Source of the DNA: an uncultured Collinsella sp.
GTDB taxonomy: Bacteria; Actinomycetota; Coriobacteriia; Coriobacteriales; Coriobacteriaceae
DNA: 64,000 nucleotides
Direction: 5' to 3'
Assembly: GCA_902489965.1 (NCBI GenBank)
Contig: CABUCA010000001.1
Location: forward strand, 3,823 to 67,822
Of the stretch, positions 8,619-16,674 are shown one piece after another. Each line of letters opens with the position of its first letter. The stretch's first letter is position 1. The notes beneath the pieces are model-generated. The model ran no database searches. It saw nothing but the letters and a program-made list of their open reading frames with translations, and was not told where the DNA came from. A program made the translations under genes and the position numbers.

Positions 8619-9427
8619 AGCGTTGCAGCTTTCTCGCTCAAAACCGATGCCTGGGATTGCAGCTCGTCTTGCGGGCGGTCGCCGGGGTCAAATCTCGTGC
8701 CGTACAGGAAAAACTCAACGTTGCCCTTGGCACCATGAATGGGTGACACGCACACATCGACCGGGAACAGGCCCTTGGCAGCAAAGAGTTCAACCGCCGC
8801 CACGAGTGTATCGCGGCGCACGGCGGGATCGGTCACAATGCCGCCCTCGCCCACCAGCGCCGCCGGAGCCTCAAACTGCGGCTTTACGAGCGTGCAGAAT
8901 GCACCCGTAGGAGCCAAGCACGCCAGTACCGCATCGATAATGTTCGCGATGCTGGTAAACGAGACATCACACACAGCCAGGTCGATGGCGCCGGCATAGC
9001 CAAGCTCAGGCAGCTGCGTCACGTTTGTGCGCTCATGCAGCATCACGCGATCGTCCTGACGCAACGACCAATCGAACTGGGCGCGACCCACGTCCACCGA
9101 GACAACGGTCGCAGCTCCGCGCTTGAGCAGGCAATCGGTAAAACCCCCGGTAGAGCAGCCCACATCCAAACAGGCAAGGCCCGTCGGATTGATGCCAAAC
9201 GCATCAAGCGCGCCTTCGAGCTTAAGACCGCCGCGGCCAACATAGGGAATGCGCCCCTTAACGTGCAGCGGCAGCCCCGGGATCACCTTAAGGCCCGGCG
9301 AAGTCAAGCGCTCGCCGCCGCTCGAGACCAAGCCGGCCATAAGAGTGCGAAGGGCATCCGCGCGATCGGCGCAGATGCCCTGTGAAATCAGTTCGTCATC
9401 AAGACGCACGCGTTTCATGAATGCCAT
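8615..9427 (-). CDS. tlyA: TlyA-family rRNA (cytidine-2'-O)-methyltransferase
   Basis: S4 RNA-binding N-terminus (RLDDELISQGI) and an FtsJ-type SAM motif DVGCSTGGFTD. The ATG at 9427 overlaps the xseB stop (TGATG). Confidence 0.88.
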   Translation of the reverse strand: MAFMKRVRLDDELISQGICADRADALRTLMAGLVSSGGERLTSPGLKVIPGLPLHVKGRIPYVGRGGLKLEGALDAFGINPTGLACLDVGCSTGGFTDCLLKRGAATVVSVDVGRAQFDWSLRQDDRVMLHERTNVTQLPELGYAGAIDLAVCDVSFTSIANIIDAVLACLAPTGAFCTLVKPQFEAPAALVGEGGIVTDPAVRRDTLVAAVELFAAKGLFPVDVCVSPIHGAKGNVEFFLYGTRFDPGDRPQDELQSQASVLSEKAATL

Positions 9428-9693
9428 CAACCATTCGTATCCGGAGACGCGGCCTGGCTATCCTTGGATTCGTTTGCCGCATCCTCATCGTATTCCTGCT
9501 CGAGCTTATCCGCCTCGCGAGGCGTCAGCTCAAACTTGTCGACCATGTCGACCGCACGGGAGCCGAGCTCAATCGCCTCGTCAAACAAATCGAGCGAACG
9601 CTCCAAGGAGGTATCCTTGGAACGAACGGTAGCGATGATCTGGTCCAAGCGGTCCGAGATCTCGTCGAAGTTGCGGACGGAACCCTCTGGCAT
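9427..9693 (-). CDS. xseB: Exodeoxyribonuclease VII small subunit
   Basis: 88 aa with the XseB helical-hairpin signature FDEISDRLDQII...LERSLDLFDEAIEL. Confidence 0.85.
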   Translation of the reverse strand: MPEGSVRNFDEISDRLDQIIATVRSKDTSLERSLDLFDEAIELGSRAVDMVDKFELTPREADKLEQEYDEDAANESKDSQAASPDTNG

Positions 9694-9695
9694 GG

Positions 9696-10280
9696 CTACT
9701 CCTCGACGGAGTCGACAACAGCCTCGGCGGCGTCCGCATCCTCGGCCAGCACGCCAGCCTCAGCCTGAGCAACCGCAACCTTTGCGGCAGCCTCGGCAGC
9801 CTGTGCCTCCTCGCGAGCGCGATCTTCGGCCAGCAGCTCTTGGTACAGGTCCTCGCCCGGCAGCTCCTCGCTGCGAGCGATCTTGCCCAGCACGCCGTTG
9901 ACGAACGACGCGGACTGGTCGGTGCCATAGGCCTTGGCAAGCTCGACGGCCTCGTTGATCACGATGGCGTCCGAGACCTCCTCGTCGGTGAGGAAACGCA
10001 TCTCGTAAACGGCGATACGTAGCAAATTGCGGTCGGCGCCGGGCATGCGCATAAGATCCCAGTTCTTGGCGACGGCGCGCAGAGCGCAGTCGATACGATC
10101 GATATGCTCGTAGGCACCGCGGCAAAGCTCCAGCGCATAGGGGTCGAGGGGACCCTTCGAGATCAGGAAATCGCCCTCGAGGACGCGCTCGAGCGGGCTG
10201 TCCGTGGCCTCGGCCTGGAACAGCAGCTGCAGCGCCTGACTGCGGGCAAGCGTGCGCCCGCGATAAACCTTAAGGCTCAA
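9696..10280 (-). CDS. nusB: Transcription antitermination factor NusB (with Ala/Glu-rich C-terminal extension)
   Basis: NusB core (ARSQALQLLFQAE ... NRNLLRIAVYEM ... VNGVLGKI) and conserved synteny with asp23 and efp. Confidence 0.9.
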   Translation of the reverse strand: MSLKVYRGRTLARSQALQLLFQAEATDSPLERVLEGDFLISKGPLDPYALELCRGAYEHIDRIDCALRAVAKNWDLMRMPGADRNLLRIAVYEMRFLTDEEVSDAIVINEAVELAKAYGTDQSASFVNGVLGKIARSEELPGEDLYQELLAEDRAREEAQAAEAAAKVAVAQAEAGVLAEDADAAEAVVDSVEE

Positions 10281-10283
10281 AGG

Positions 10284-10646
10284 TTACTCCTTGGGGAAAA
10301 CGAGGCCGTCAATGCAAACGTCAACGCGCTCGACCTCGACGCCCACCTGAGCATCGATGGCAGCGACCACGGCGGCGCGAACGGCCTCGGCGAGTTTCTT
10401 GAACGGATAGCCAAAGAACACCACGACACGCACGGTGAGTGCGAGCTTGTCGCCGACGACCTCGGCCTCGACCGCCGGCTCGGAAGCAGGGGCCTTGGAC
10501 GAGAGCATCATGGAGACAAGGTTGGTGGCAAGGTCCTTGACGCCAACGGAGGCGATGCCCTCGACATCCGACACGGCGCGCGAGACGATGGCGGTCAAAA
10601 CATCGGGCGAAATGCCGATGCCGTCAATCTTGATTTCCTGGGGCAT
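10284..10646 (-). CDS. Asp23/Gls24-family envelope stress protein
   Basis: 120 aa. Typical Asp23 N-terminus (ISPDVLTAIVSRAVSDVEGI). Sits upstream of nusB, like Firmicutes yqhY. Confidence 0.85.
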   Translation of the reverse strand: MPQEIKIDGIGISPDVLTAIVSRAVSDVEGIASVGVKDLATNLVSMMLSSKAPASEPAVEAEVVGDKLALTVRVVVFFGYPFKKLAEAVRAAVVAAIDAQVGVEVERVDVCIDGLVFPKE

Positions 10647-10670
10647 GAGTCCTCCTAGAAGAGTTGGTTG

Positions 10671-11234
10671 CTAGACGCGGGAGACGAACTTGCCGTCGCG
10701 GGTGTCAACCTTGATGACCTCGCCCTCGTTGAGGTACATGGGGACCTGGATGACAGCGCCGGTGTCAATCGTGGCCGGCTTGGTGGAACCCTGGACGGTG
10801 TCGCCCTTAAAGCCCGGGTCGGTCTGGACGATGGTGGTCTCGATAAACATCGGCGGGGTCACGCCCATGAGCTCATCGTCGGCGAAGAGCAGCTGGCAAA
10901 TGTCGTTCTCGCGCAGCCACTTGGAGTTCTCGCCCACCATGTCCTCGGGAACGGAAACCTGCTCATAGGTCTCGTTGTCCATGAAGATGTAGTCGGCGCC
11001 ATCGTTGTAGAGGTACTGGAACTCACGGGTGGTGAGCATGACGCTCTCGAACTTGGTGCCGGCGTTGCAGGTGTTCTCGACGACGCGGCCGCTCTTGATG
11101 TCGCGGGTCTTGTAGCGCACAAACGCGCCGCCCTTGCCCGGCTTGACATGCTGGAACTCGACGATGGTGTAGACCTTGTCCTTGATGCGGAGACCGAGGC
11201 CGTTCTTGAAGTCGGCGGTAGAAATGGTAGGCAT
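10671..11234 (-). CDS. efp: Elongation factor P
   Basis: MPTISTADFKNGL..., KPGKGGAFV loop. Start trimmed to the ATG at 11234. Confidence 0.93.
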   Translation of the reverse strand: MPTISTADFKNGLGLRIKDKVYTIVEFQHVKPGKGGAFVRYKTRDIKSGRVVENTCNAGTKFESVMLTTREFQYLYNDGADYIFMDNETYEQVSVPEDMVGENSKWLRENDICQLLFADDELMGVTPPMFIETTIVQTDPGFKGDTVQGSTKPATIDTGAVIQVPMYLNEGEVIKVDTRDGKFVSRV

Positions 11235-11326
11235 AGCGACCTTTCTTGTTATGGGCAGAACGCACAAGCGTCCAAATTACATACGATAGAAATTATACAC
11301 TTGCAGACCGCGCCTGCGGCGAGCGC

Positions 11327-11371
11327 ATAAAAAGAGAACGCGGGGCGCCCGAATTGCTCCGGACGCCCCGC
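11327..11371 (-). terminator. Rho-independent terminator after the M24 peptidase gene
   Basis: On the minus strand the 12-bp stem gcggggcgtccg/cgggcgccccgc is followed by a T-rich tract (gttctcttttta). Confidence 0.65.
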
Positions 11372-11392
11372 CCAAAAATCTATCGAAATGGG

Positions 11393-12523
11393 CTAGCAGT
11401 CGATGACGTGCAGGTCGTGCGGGGTCTTGGTGAAGGGCTCGTAGCCGTTCTCGGTGACCACGCCGTAGTCCTCAAGGCGCACGCCGCCCACGCCGGGCAG
11501 GTAGACGCCGGGCTCCATGGTGACAACCGAGCCGATCTCGATGGTGTTCTTGCTGCGGTTGAAGTTGGGCAGCTCGTGAATGTCGATACCAACGCCGTGG
11601 CCCAAGCCATGGTTATAGTAATCGCCATAGCCGGCATCGCCGATGATCTTCTTGGAGAGTTTGAAGATGTCGTTACCCTCGACGCCCGGATGGATGGCGG
11701 CGACGCACTCCTCGTGCGTGCGGCGCACGAGTGCATACAGGTCGAATTGCTCCTGCGTGGGCTCGCCCATCACAACAGTGCGTGTCATGTCGGAGCGGTA
11801 ATCGCAGTAGCCCGCGCCGTAGTCCATGAGGACAAAGTCGCCCTTCTCGATCACGCGGTCGCTCGGCACGGCATGCGGGTTGGCGGTGTTGGGACCGCTC
11901 GCCACGATGGAGCCGAAAGCAAGGCTGTCAGCGCCGTTGGCGAACATAAAGTTCTCGAGCTCGTTGCGAACCTGCTTCTCGGTCATACCAGGCTTAATAA
12001 AGCCGAGCATGTGCTGGAAGGCGGCGTCGGTGATCGACTGTGCATGGCGCATGAGCTCGATCTCCTCGGCATCCTTGATGGCGCGCATCTTGCGGATGTC
12101 GTCGTGCATCAACGGCAGCATACAGGCGACAGAGCGGTCCTCCAGGCCGCGCTGAATGCCCTGGTAGAAGTTGATCTGCATATCGTCCTCGACAGCGCAG
12201 ACGCGGCACTTGTTGGCTGCAATCTTGCCAGCGACCCAGCCGGGGATGGTGCCCTCGTCCATGTCGAAGACCCAGGGGCTGCCGGCGGGCGTGTTCTCCT
12301 CAAAGCTGTTGAGGTAGCGCGAGTCGGTGTGGAACAGGCACTGGTCGGCCGTAATAAACGCAGCGTGCGGGAACTCGAAGGTGTAGTCGAAGACGCCCTT
12401 AACGCCCGTAAGCCAACGAAGGTTGGCCTCGTCGCGCACCACGATGGCGTCGTAGCCACGCTCGACCATAAGGGCACGGACACGCTCGATACGACCGGCA
12501 GGACCGGCAGCAAACTCAGACAT
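11393..12523 (-). CDS. M24-family Xaa-Pro aminopeptidase/dipeptidase
   Basis: Creatinase-like N-terminal domain plus the M24 pita-bread domain (DYGAGY, HGLGHGVGIDIHE, EPG..). Classical position upstream of efp. Confidence 0.9.
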   Translation of the reverse strand: MSEFAAGPAGRIERVRALMVERGYDAIVVRDEANLRWLTGVKGVFDYTFEFPHAAFITADQCLFHTDSRYLNSFEENTPAGSPWVFDMDEGTIPGWVAGKIAANKCRVCAVEDDMQINFYQGIQRGLEDRSVACMLPLMHDDIRKMRAIKDAEEIELMRHAQSITDAAFQHMLGFIKPGMTEKQVRNELENFMFANGADSLAFGSIVASGPNTANPHAVPSDRVIEKGDFVLMDYGAGYCDYRSDMTRTVVMGEPTQEQFDLYALVRRTHEECVAAIHPGVEGNDIFKLSKKIIGDAGYGDYYNHGLGHGVGIDIHELPNFNRSKNTIEIGSVVTMEPGVYLPGVGGVRLEDYGVVTENGYEPFTKTPHDLHVIDC

Positions 12524-12655
12524 GCAGATTCCTTTCTTGTTGTCTCTATATAGACGGGACGGGTCTCAACCGAACGACGGAATCGCATGCGATCCGCAAC
12601 CGATTGGAAACCCGCCCCTCAACATGATACGAAAGAGGATGGAAGTCAATAAATC

Positions 12656-13765
12656 TTAGAGAAGTTCTTTACGAGAAGCCAAGTAGGCGTGAGCATGGCG
12701 CTTAAGAACCTCGTCCTCAACGTTCGTTAGGCGAATGGCGCCGAGTGCCGCGGGCAGCGGCAACATGCTGCGGTTCGAGCGTGCAAACTGCTGCTTGCGG
12801 AACTCCTCGATATATGCGGCAGACTCCAGATCGAAGGCAAGTTCCTCGATACCAAAGTCCTCCAAGCAGTCATCGACCTCAAAGACGTAATCGATATCGA
12901 AATCGCAGGCATCATGTGCAAGGCGTGCCTCAAAGCGAATGCCCTCGGACAACAGCTGGTAGGCAGGGGCCTGCGAAGCGGCATCGCCCAAGCAGGCGCG
13001 CAGGGTACGCTCCCCCGTCTTGCCAAAATCGAGCGCATGGCGAGCGCTCGGGTTCGTGGCCATCAGTACGTCCTTGCGGGCAGTCTGAGACCATTGAACG
13101 GCATTGACGAGCGCGACCTCCTCGCCCGCGAGAATCTCGGGGACGGTCTCAGTAAACTGATTCCAACGGGACTTACTGCTCGAAAGCATGGTGCCAACAA
13201 GTACCACATAGCCGAGCTTGAGGTCCTCGGGGTCCGCCTCGCGAACAAGGTCGAGGTCACACACGACCAAGCCCGGTTCGGGACGGAACGCGATAGCGGG
13301 AAGCGCATTCGACGACGAGGCAATGAGCGGCTTCATGGTCGTCGCGACCGTGAGCATGGCGTCGAAGGTCGTCGGCAGCAGCGCGCACTCGGTTCGGCCA
13401 CACCACTGGTTGGCGCACCAGCTAACAACCGAGCAGGTTGCGGCATCGCCAACGGCGACAACCAGATCGTCGCAGGTAATGCCGTTGGCAGACAAGGCGC
13501 CAAAGATAGCATCGGCGTCGGCCAGCGTGGCACCAGCAGGCGAAACCTCGAGGACGAGCAGCGACACGGCAAAACCGGCGTCGACCAGCGCATGCTCGAC
13601 GACCTCACCAAAACGCTCGGATGTGGCGTCGTTCCAAACCACCATCGCGCGCTTAGGCTTGCCCACAGCCGAGGCAAACATACGCGACAGCTCATCGAAC
13701 GCGCCCAATCCGACACGGACATCGACGCTGCGGTTTTGGAAATTGATCAGTTGGCGGCGAATCAT
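12656..13765 (-). CDS. 3-dehydroquinate synthase-like protein (AroB fold, catalytic motifs apparently degenerate)
   Basis: Colinear by eye with AroB and sits in the aroK-aroB position, with an ATGA overlap to aroK. GGGVxGD is replaced by VGDAATC, LNxGHTxGHAxE by LDFGKTGERTL, and HGEAVA by LSEGIRF. Confidence 0.7.
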   Translation of the reverse strand: MIRRQLINFQNRSVDVRVGLGAFDELSRMFASAVGKPKRAMVVWNDATSERFGEVVEHALVDAGFAVSLLVLEVSPAGATLADADAIFGALSANGITCDDLVVAVGDAATCSVVSWCANQWCGRTECALLPTTFDAMLTVATTMKPLIASSSNALPAIAFRPEPGLVVCDLDLVREADPEDLKLGYVVLVGTMLSSSKSRWNQFTETVPEILAGEEVALVNAVQWSQTARKDVLMATNPSARHALDFGKTGERTLRACLGDAASQAPAYQLLSEGIRFEARLAHDACDFDIDYVFEVDDCLEDFGIEELAFDLESAAYIEEFRKQQFARSNRSMLPLPAALGAIRLTNVEDEVLKRHAHAYLASRKELL

Positions 13766-14295
13766 AGCAGTCCACGCTCCAAAAGCATCTCGGCACAAAG
13801 GTAGGAAACGTCCTCGAAGGACTTGTTGCGAATATCAAGGGTAATATCGGCGGCCTGGCGATACAGCGGACGGCGATGCTCAAACAAGCGCGCGGCATGC
13901 TCGGGCGAGCGGAAATCGGGGCGCGTGTCGGACCGACGAATCTGGCGAATCGAATCCTCAAAGTCGCCCTCGAGGTACACGCACGTACCCATTTCGTGCA
14001 TCAGCTCAATATTCACCGGCGTCTCGACGATACCGCCACCGCACGAAACCAACAGACTGCGCTCGCTTTGGAGCGAACGGAGCGCCGAGGTCTCGAGCTC
14101 GCGAAAACGATCCTCACCCTCGGTCTCAAAAATCTCGGTTACCGACTTGCCGCAACGGCGGACGACTAGGCGGTCGGTATCGATAAAACGCCGCTTGAAC
14201 ATAGTGCCGACGTTGCGCGCGAGCGTCGATTTGCCCGCGCCCAAAAAGCCGATAAAGAAGATATGGTCGCAGCCGTGTTTGGTGTGCTGGGACAT
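13762..14295 (-). CDS. aroK: Shikimate kinase
   Basis: Walker A GFLGAGKST, DTD motif, GGG lid motif, about 177 aa. Confidence 0.9.
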   Translation of the reverse strand: MSQHTKHGCDHIFFIGFLGAGKSTLARNVGTMFKRRFIDTDRLVVRRCGKSVTEIFETEGEDRFRELETSALRSLQSERSLLVSCGGGIVETPVNIELMHEMGTCVYLEGDFEDSIRQIRRSDTRPDFRSPEHAARLFEHRRPLYRQAADITLDIRNKSFEDVSYLCAEMLLERGLL

Positions 14296-14303
14296 GACGA
14301 GAC

Positions 14304-14801
14304 CTATTCCTCGCAGGGAAGGTCGCGCAGGGCCCGGCGCTCAAAGATACGGAAGATCTGCGTATACCACAGGTCCTGCGTGGCCTGCGGCTTTACCAGG
14401 ATGGTATCGACGCCGGCGAAGTTGCCGCTCCACACGTCCGTGTAGAGCTGATCACCGATCAGCACCGCCTCGTCGGCCGTGGCGCCGAGGCGCTTAAGAC
14501 CCGCCTTGAGGGCAAACGGCGCCGGCTTCATGGCATGGCTGATGGCCTCGAGTCCCAGCTCGCGTGCTGATGCCATGACCTGGTCGCGATGCCAGTTGTT
14601 GGACACCATGCACAGCTTAAAGCCTTTGGCGCGGGCGGTATCGAGCCAAGCGGAAACCGCAGCGGGAACCTGCTCGGTGTCGCGCGGCACCAGGGTGTTA
14701 TCGCGATCGAGCAGAATGGCGCGTTTGCCGTCGGCCCAAAGGGTATCAAGGTCGATGCGATCGACCGAGGCAACGTAACGTTTGGGGCTAAAAATCCTCA
14801 T
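14304..14801 (-). CDS. YqeG-family HAD-IIIA phosphatase
   Basis: DRDNT motif (LLDRDNTLV), SNN and GDQLYTD motifs. The ORF-track N-terminal 75 aa is an out-of-gene extension. The ATG at 14801 follows the mltG stop. Confidence 0.85.
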   Translation of the reverse strand: MRIFSPKRYVASVDRIDLDTLWADGKRAILLDRDNTLVPRDTEQVPAAVSAWLDTARAKGFKLCMVSNNWHRDQVMASARELGLEAISHAMKPAPFALKAGLKRLGATADEAVLIGDQLYTDVWSGNFAGVDTILVKPQATQDLWYTQIFRIFERRALRDLPCEE

Positions 14802-14802
14802 G

Positions 14803-16236
14803 CTAATTCCAAGACTGTTGATGCTCTTCGTAGGTTTGCGAGAAGTACTCCTCGTCCTGCGTAATGTAGAAATACAGGTCATCGGAGTCGGTCGGCTCAA
14901 GCGTGGCCTTGAGTGCCTCGAGCGACGGAGAGCAGATGGGCGTGGGTGGCAGACCCTCATGCTTATAGGTGTTATACGGACTATCGCTCTGCAGGTCGTC
15001 GGCGGTAACCTCGCCACCGGTGACATACATCATGGTCGCATCGCTGTTGAGATAGCGCAGACCATCGAGCTTGCCGGCAAGACGGTTGTAGAAGACCGAG
15101 GCCACGTGCGCGCGCTGGTCGGCGTTGAGGCCCTCGCGCTCAACGATAGAGGCCAAGTTGACGATGTCGTAGTCGGACATCTCCACACCGTAGCGTTCCT
15201 TGATCTTGGCTTCGCAGCTCGCAAAGTCAAGCGACTTGTACTCGGTCTTAAACTGATCGAGCATAGCGCGAACCACGTCATCGGCCGTCGGCGAATCACC
15301 CAACGAATAAGTCTTGGGGAACAAGAAGCCCTCGAGCGAGTCGTTGGCGGCGCCCTTAAGGAAGCTATAGTCGTCCACGTAGTTGGAGGCCTTTGCCTGG
15401 TTGAGGAAGTCTTCCTTAGAGATGCTGTCGTAGGCCTGAGCCACACGGTCGGCGACTTGATCGACCGTCAGGCCCTCAGGGATAGTCAGCGCATTAGAGC
15501 CCGCGTTGGGGCCTTCCATGAGCTGCTGAACAACCTTGGTCGCATCCATGAGTGTGGTGAACGAATAAGTACCAGGCTTGAGCGACATATCGGCGTTGAG
15601 CTTTTTCACCGCCGCATAGTAATCCTTGGGATTTTCGACGATATGGTTCTCGGAGAGAATCGAGGCGATCGTATCGCCCGAAGCACCGTCGGGAATGGTC
15701 ACCGTAACCTGCTGACCAGCCGTGACCTTCGTATCCTCACCGGCAAAGAAGCCCTTGACGGCCGGCACGACAAAGAAAGCAATTGCAGCAAGCGCGAGCA
15801 CCGCCACCACAACGCCGATAATCATGGGAACCGGAGAACTCTTCTTTTGAGCACCGCGACGAGCATGCGTGTTGTAGCTCGAGCGGGTCGCCGGAGCAAC
15901 GCCATGCGAACCGCGAGCGTGATGCGAAGGCGGTTGGGGGGCCTGCGTTCGCTGGGTAGGGGCCTGCTGCTTAAAGCGGGTACCGCCTGCAGGCTGGGCC
16001 GTACGAGCAGTGGGCTGCTGAGCCGCGTGAGAAGCCAAATGCTGAACCGAACGAGCAGAAGGCTGCTGACCCGTCCGTTGAACAGGTTGGGCCGAACGAG
16101 AGAAGGACTGCACCGGGCGCGCGGCAGCCTGAGCTGCGCGCTGCGTCGGCTGTGCCGGACGCTGGCCAGGCTGGGCAGGGCGCGACGCCGGCTGACGTGT
16201 ACGATTCGGCTGGCGCGGATCGGAAGCACTAGGCAT
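14803..16236 (-). CDS. mltG: Endolytic peptidoglycan transglycosylase MltG (YceG-like) with a long low-complexity N-terminal tail
   Basis: YceG domain motifs (LEGFLFPKTY, ASIVEREG, VFYNRL, YNTYKHEGLPPTPI) and one TM helix. About 150 aa Pro/Gln/Ala/Arg-rich N-terminus. Start at 16236 overlaps the ruvX stop. Confidence 0.9.
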   Translation of the reverse strand: MPSASDPRQPNRTRQPASRPAQPGQRPAQPTQRAAQAAARPVQSFSRSAQPVQRTGQQPSARSVQHLASHAAQQPTARTAQPAGGTRFKQQAPTQRTQAPQPPSHHARGSHGVAPATRSSYNTHARRGAQKKSSPVPMIIGVVVAVLALAAIAFFVVPAVKGFFAGEDTKVTAGQQVTVTIPDGASGDTIASILSENHIVENPKDYYAAVKKLNADMSLKPGTYSFTTLMDATKVVQQLMEGPNAGSNALTIPEGLTVDQVADRVAQAYDSISKEDFLNQAKASNYVDDYSFLKGAANDSLEGFLFPKTYSLGDSPTADDVVRAMLDQFKTEYKSLDFASCEAKIKERYGVEMSDYDIVNLASIVEREGLNADQRAHVASVFYNRLAGKLDGLRYLNSDATMMYVTGGEVTADDLQSDSPYNTYKHEGLPPTPICSPSLEALKATLEPTDSDDLYFYITQDEEYFSQTYEEHQQSWN

Positions 16237-16657
16237 GCGAAACCTCCTCGTTTTTACGATCGAGCCACGTCTGCAAAAAAAGGCTGGCGGCAATCATGTC
16301 GATCTTGCCCCTCATCTGCTTTTCATTGAGGCCCTGCTCGCGCAGGATACGCTTGGCCTCTTGCGAGGACAGACGCTCGTCCTCAAACTCCAGCGGAAGA
16401 TCGAGCTCGTCGGCAATCTTTTGCGCCACGGCGGCAACGCGCTCGGCTTGGGGGCCGGGCTCACCGGCCATGGTCAGGGGACGTCCGCTTACCAGGATGT
16501 CGGGCTCGTAGTCCTCGACCAGGTAGCGGAACGTCTTGGCCATACCGGTGACCTCGGCAGCCGGAAGCACCTTGACAGGCATCGCCATCTTGCCATCACG
16601 GCTCGAGACGGCGATGCCAATCCTGGTCTCCCCTATGTCCAGCGCGAGCGCAACCAC
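16229..16657 (-). CDS. ruvX: Holliday junction resolvase-like protein RuvX/YqgF
   Basis: 142 aa. LALDIGETRIGIA N-terminus. Conserved alaS-ruvX-mltG order. Confidence 0.9.
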   Translation of the reverse strand: MVALALDIGETRIGIAVSSRDGKMAMPVKVLPAAEVTGMAKTFRYLVEDYEPDILVSGRPLTMAGEPGPQAERVAAVAQKIADELDLPLEFEDERLSSQEAKRILREQGLNEKQMRGKIDMIAASLFLQTWLDRKNEEVSHA

Positions 16658-16674
16658 AGCGACTTCTTAGATTC

